Shown: piece by piece, positions 60,686-64,000 of the stretch
Layout of the letters: each line of letters opens with the position of its first letter
Numbering within the stretch: position 1 is the stretch's first letter
DNA from: an uncultured candidate division Zixibacteria bacterium
GTDB taxonomy: Bacteria; Zixibacteria; MSB-5A5; UBA10806; 4484-95
Direction of reading: 5' to 3'
Assembly (NCBI GenBank): GCA_963668625.2
Contig: CAXXKA010000008.1
Location: forward strand, 640,001-704,000
DNA: 64,000 nucleotides
The notes under the pieces: model-generated
Told to the model about the DNA's origin: nothing
Seen by the model: only the letters and a program-made list of their open reading frames with translations
The model's database searches: none
Position numbers and translations under genes: made by a program

Positions 60686-62290
60686 ATGGATATTTATAAA
60701 AATATTATTAATCCTATCAGTACCGGCGACGATTCGAATTTCAGCGCTGAATCGGCAGTCGATAAAATCAACAGGCCGTATATCGAATTTTTCAATGCTG
60801 TCATGGATGGGCTCGGTATAATCGATGAGCATAACAAGCTGGTACTATGCAATCCTGCTTTCGCTAAAATATTGGATATGGATAGCCCGTCTCAGATAAT
60901 AGGAAAAAACGTATTTACTTTTCTGGATAAAGACCAGAAAGCCGTATTCGAGGATAAAATAAAATCATGTCGCGAGGGGAAATCGTCACGGTTCGAACTT
61001 AGAATAACGACAGGCCAGAGGAATATCAAATTCGTCTATGTCTCGATTACACCCAGGTTCAATAAAAAAAGAAAATATATCGGAGCGATCGGAGATATCA
61101 CGGATATTACCGAGATTAAGGAAATCGAACATGCCTTGAGAGACACCGAGCGGCGCAATCGCAGCATCATGGATCACATAGCATTAGGTATTTCACTGAT
61201 AGGCCCGGATATGCGAATAATTTCCATGAATAAAAAAATGCAAGAATGGTTTCCTGATGTCGACGAGAATAAACATCCTTTATGTTTTAAGGCTTATAAT
61301 AAACCTTGCCGGGATGAAATTTGCAGCCATTGCCCGACAGTGAAAGTATTCCGCGATGGATTGATTCATCAAGCGGAAATAGAGACGCCCGACGGAGATG
61401 ATATTATTAATTTTAAAATTACCGCCTCACCTCTAAAAGATGAATACGGGAACACCTACGCGGCTATCGAAACGGTCGAGGATGTTACCGAGACTATTAA
61501 AAACCGGCAGGTGATGATTCAATCGGAGAAACTGGCCTCGCTGGGAACGCTGGCGGCTGGAGTCGCACACGAGTTGAACAACCCTATAGGCTATATCAAC
61601 TCCAATCTCAGGGCCATGTTAAAATACCTGGTTAAAATCACGAATGTTTTCGATGATTTCGAAAGCGTAACGAGTGATAACATAAAGTCCATGAAAGAAA
61701 TCCTGGTGGATTTTAACGATGCCATCAACGAATCACTCGAAGGCGGTGACAGGGTAAAGAAAATAGTATCGGATTTAAAGAACTTCACCCGCATGGAGAA
61801 ATCCGGAAAAGAGTATGCCGATATCAACAGCGGTATCAAAAGCACTTTGAATATTGTCTGGAACGAGCTCAAGTACAAATGTAAAGTAGAAACCGAATAC
61901 GGAGAACTTCCCGAACTATACTGTATACCCGGCCAACTGAACCAGGTGTTTTTAAACCTGCTGGTGAACGCCTCCCACGCCATAGTTGGTAATGAGGGGT
62001 TGGTGATAATCAAAACCTGGGCGGACGAGAAGGCCGTATATGTCTCGGTTAAGGATAACGGCATCGGAATACCTCCAGAAAAAATAAAACGTATATTCGA
62101 GCCTTTCTATACCACTAAACCTGCCGGTAAAGGTACTGGTCTTGGTTTGAGCATAGCATATGATATCGTGAAAAAGCATAAAGGCATAATTGAAATTAAA
62201 ACCAAAGTTGGTGTGGGTACGGAGTTCCTGGTTATTTTGCCTTTGGACGGATTGCTCGATGCTAAAGAAGCGGTCGCTGAGATGGTATGA
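60686..62290 (+). CDS. Cytoplasmic PAS-PAS histidine kinase (NtrB-like)
   Basis: SEKLASLGTLAAGVAHELNNP, QVFLNLLVNA, DNGIG, FEPFYTTK..GTGLGL. Confidence 0.92.
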   Translation: MDIYKNIINPISTGDDSNFSAESAVDKINRPYIEFFNAVMDGLGIIDEHNKLVLCNPAFAKILDMDSPSQIIGKNVFTFLDKDQKAVFEDKIKSCREGKSSRFELRITTGQRNIKFVYVSITPRFNKKRKYIGAIGDITDITEIKEIEHALRDTERRNRSIMDHIALGISLIGPDMRIISMNKKMQEWFPDVDENKHPLCFKAYNKPCRDEICSHCPTVKVFRDGLIHQAEIETPDGDDIINFKITASPLKDEYGNTYAAIETVEDVTETIKNRQVMIQSEKLASLGTLAAGVAHELNNPIGYINSNLRAMLKYLVKITNVFDDFESVTSDNIKSMKEILVDFNDAINESLEGGDRVKKIVSDLKNFTRMEKSGKEYADINSGIKSTLNIVWNELKYKCKVETEYGELPELYCIPGQLNQVFLNLLVNASHAIVGNEGLVIIKTWADEKAVYVSVKDNGIGIPPEKIKRIFEPFYTTKPAGKGTGLGLSIAYDIVKKHKGIIEIKTKVGVGTEFLVILPLDGLLDAKEAVAEMV

Positions 62291-62293
62291 ATT

Positions 62294-63880
62294 ATGAACG
62301 ATGACAAACCGGAATCGATGAAAGAAAGCAGCTGCCAGGAGTTGTTCAATGCGATTTCCGACGGTCTGGCTTTTATTGATAGCAGTGATAAATTAGAATA
62401 TTGCAATATCGCCTTAGCCGAGTTCCTCGAGTTCGATGAGCCATCCGAACTGATCGGGCGAAAGCTTACCGAATTTTTCTCAAGCGATAAAGCCACCGAG
62501 CTAAGTATATTCGATAGGTTACGCGATGGTGAAAAATTGAGGTACGAATTTATCGTCAAAACCGGCAAGGGGAACAAGAAATATGCCCTTATCGCTCTAA
62601 CGCCGCGCTATGATAACCAGGGGAAATATATAGGATGTTTCGGTGATATTACCGATATAACCGAGTTAAAAATCATCGAAAAAGCCTCGCGGGAATCAGA
62701 GGCGAAATATAAGACACTGGTGGATAATATCGGAGTGGGAGTCGCCGTTATCGATAAGGAAATGAATTTGTTATCGGTAAACAAATTTTTATATGATGCC
62801 ATCCCCAACCTGGAGGTTAAAAAGAATTGCAAATGCCATAAAACATTCATCCAGCCTCCCCGCGATTCGATCTGCGTGAATTGCCCGGCAATAAAGGTTT
62901 TCGAGGATGGTAAAACGCATCAATCGATAGTCGAAACACCGACATCCGCCGATGTGAAAAGCATTAGACTTGTAGCTACCCCGCTGAGGAATACCGCCGG
63001 TGAGATTTACGCGGTAATCGAAACGGTCGAGGATATCACCGAAATTCAACGAGGCCGGGAGCAGTTGATACAATCGGAAAAATTGGCGGCGCTGGGTACG
63101 TTGTCGGCCGGAGTTGCTCATGAAATCAATAATCCTATGGCTTACATCAACTCCAATCTGATAACGATGCAGAAATATATAAAGAAAATCGATTCCTATA
63201 TAGAAAGAATATCATCCAACCGGGATGACGCCTATGAGAAAATCAAATATATACTGGAGGATTTTCAGGACGCCGTAGATGAGTCGCTCGAGGGGTCTGG
63301 AAGAGTTAGGAAAATAGTTGCCGACTTGAAAAGTTTTACCCGTCTGGATCGCGTTAAAACCGAGTATGCCGATATCAACGAGGGGATAAAGAGCACCTTG
63401 AACATAGTCTGGAACGAGTTGAAATACAAATGCAAGGTAGAAACCGAGTATGGCGATATTCCGATGCTATTTTGTAATGCAAATCAGCTCAACCAGGTAT
63501 TTTTAAACATTTTGATGAATGCCGCTCAAGCCATCGAGAGAAATGATGGATTAATCATGATAAGAACTTGGTGTAATAGTAAAGCGATTCATGTCTCATT
63601 CAAAGATAACGGCAGCGGTATGACCGAGGAGGTGGCCGCCCGAATATTCGAACCTTTTTTCACCACCAAGGAGGTAGGTAGGGGAACCGGTCTGGGTATG
63701 AGCCTGTCATTCGATATCATAAACAAGCACCGAGGTATCATAGAGGTTAGTACCAAACCGAACGAAGGTACTGAATTCGAGATAGTATTGCCACTGGATG
63801 GCTTAAAGCAGTCAAATGAACAATCCGAGGCGGGGGATCGGTCTGATTCTGAAATAAATGTCAGAGAAGCTGCAAATTAA
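62294..63880 (+). CDS. Cytoplasmic PAS-PAS histidine kinase, tandem paralog
   Basis: GVAHEINNP, QVFLNILMNA, DNGSG, FEPFFTTK..GTGLG; colinear with 60686-62290. Confidence 0.92.
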   Translation: MNDDKPESMKESSCQELFNAISDGLAFIDSSDKLEYCNIALAEFLEFDEPSELIGRKLTEFFSSDKATELSIFDRLRDGEKLRYEFIVKTGKGNKKYALIALTPRYDNQGKYIGCFGDITDITELKIIEKASRESEAKYKTLVDNIGVGVAVIDKEMNLLSVNKFLYDAIPNLEVKKNCKCHKTFIQPPRDSICVNCPAIKVFEDGKTHQSIVETPTSADVKSIRLVATPLRNTAGEIYAVIETVEDITEIQRGREQLIQSEKLAALGTLSAGVAHEINNPMAYINSNLITMQKYIKKIDSYIERISSNRDDAYEKIKYILEDFQDAVDESLEGSGRVRKIVADLKSFTRLDRVKTEYADINEGIKSTLNIVWNELKYKCKVETEYGDIPMLFCNANQLNQVFLNILMNAAQAIERNDGLIMIRTWCNSKAIHVSFKDNGSGMTEEVAARIFEPFFTTKEVGRGTGLGMSLSFDIINKHRGIIEVSTKPNEGTEFEIVLPLDGLKQSNEQSEAGDRSDSEINVREAAN

Positions 63881-64000
63881 TACTTTCAATATGGTATTTG
63901 ATGAACCCCACATGCCGCGTGAATTCTTGTATGAATCAGGCTATGTAATCGGATAATCATTCCCCTCGGGAATCGGCTTACCTAGATGACGGCACATAGC

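Noticed and set aside
63990-64000. cGGCAC at the window end as a -24 box
   Set aside because: The -12 element would lie outside the window and cannot be assessed

Overview
A 64-kb bacterial chromosome segment, probably from a diderm FCB-related lineage such as candidate division Zixibacteria. This is inferred only from gene content: several YPNPFN C-terminal sorting domains, a C25 peptidase and a DUF6754 cluster. The housekeeping and metabolic blocks are MATE/DMT transporters, a polyprenol-P-mannose synthase with a flippase-like partner, a DUF5752-treT-otsB-otsA trehalose operon, and rarA-radical SAM-def-coaBC-udg-dnaB-mreB followed by tRNA-Lys(TTT). Signalling genes include a three-gene phosphorelay, two tandem PAS kinases, and a 2896-aa sigma54 activator with about 17 PAS and 2 GAF domains. 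That activator lies directly upstream of a near-consensus sigma54 promoter with IHF sites that precedes a CxxC-less thioredoxin-fold gene. An AT-rich island follows tRNA-Lys (about 35.1-42.1 kb). It carries secreted beta-propeller genes, two of which share an almost identical 181-bp leader despite divergent ORFs and are bracketed by direct repeats ending in tRNA-3'-like fragments. Also present are an intact IS4 with a 9-bp TSD inserted into a palindromic repeat, IS1182 remnants, several REP/MITE families, and a tightly coupled four-gene membrane operon of unknown function (DUF6754). All assignments come from motif recognition by eye; no searches were run.
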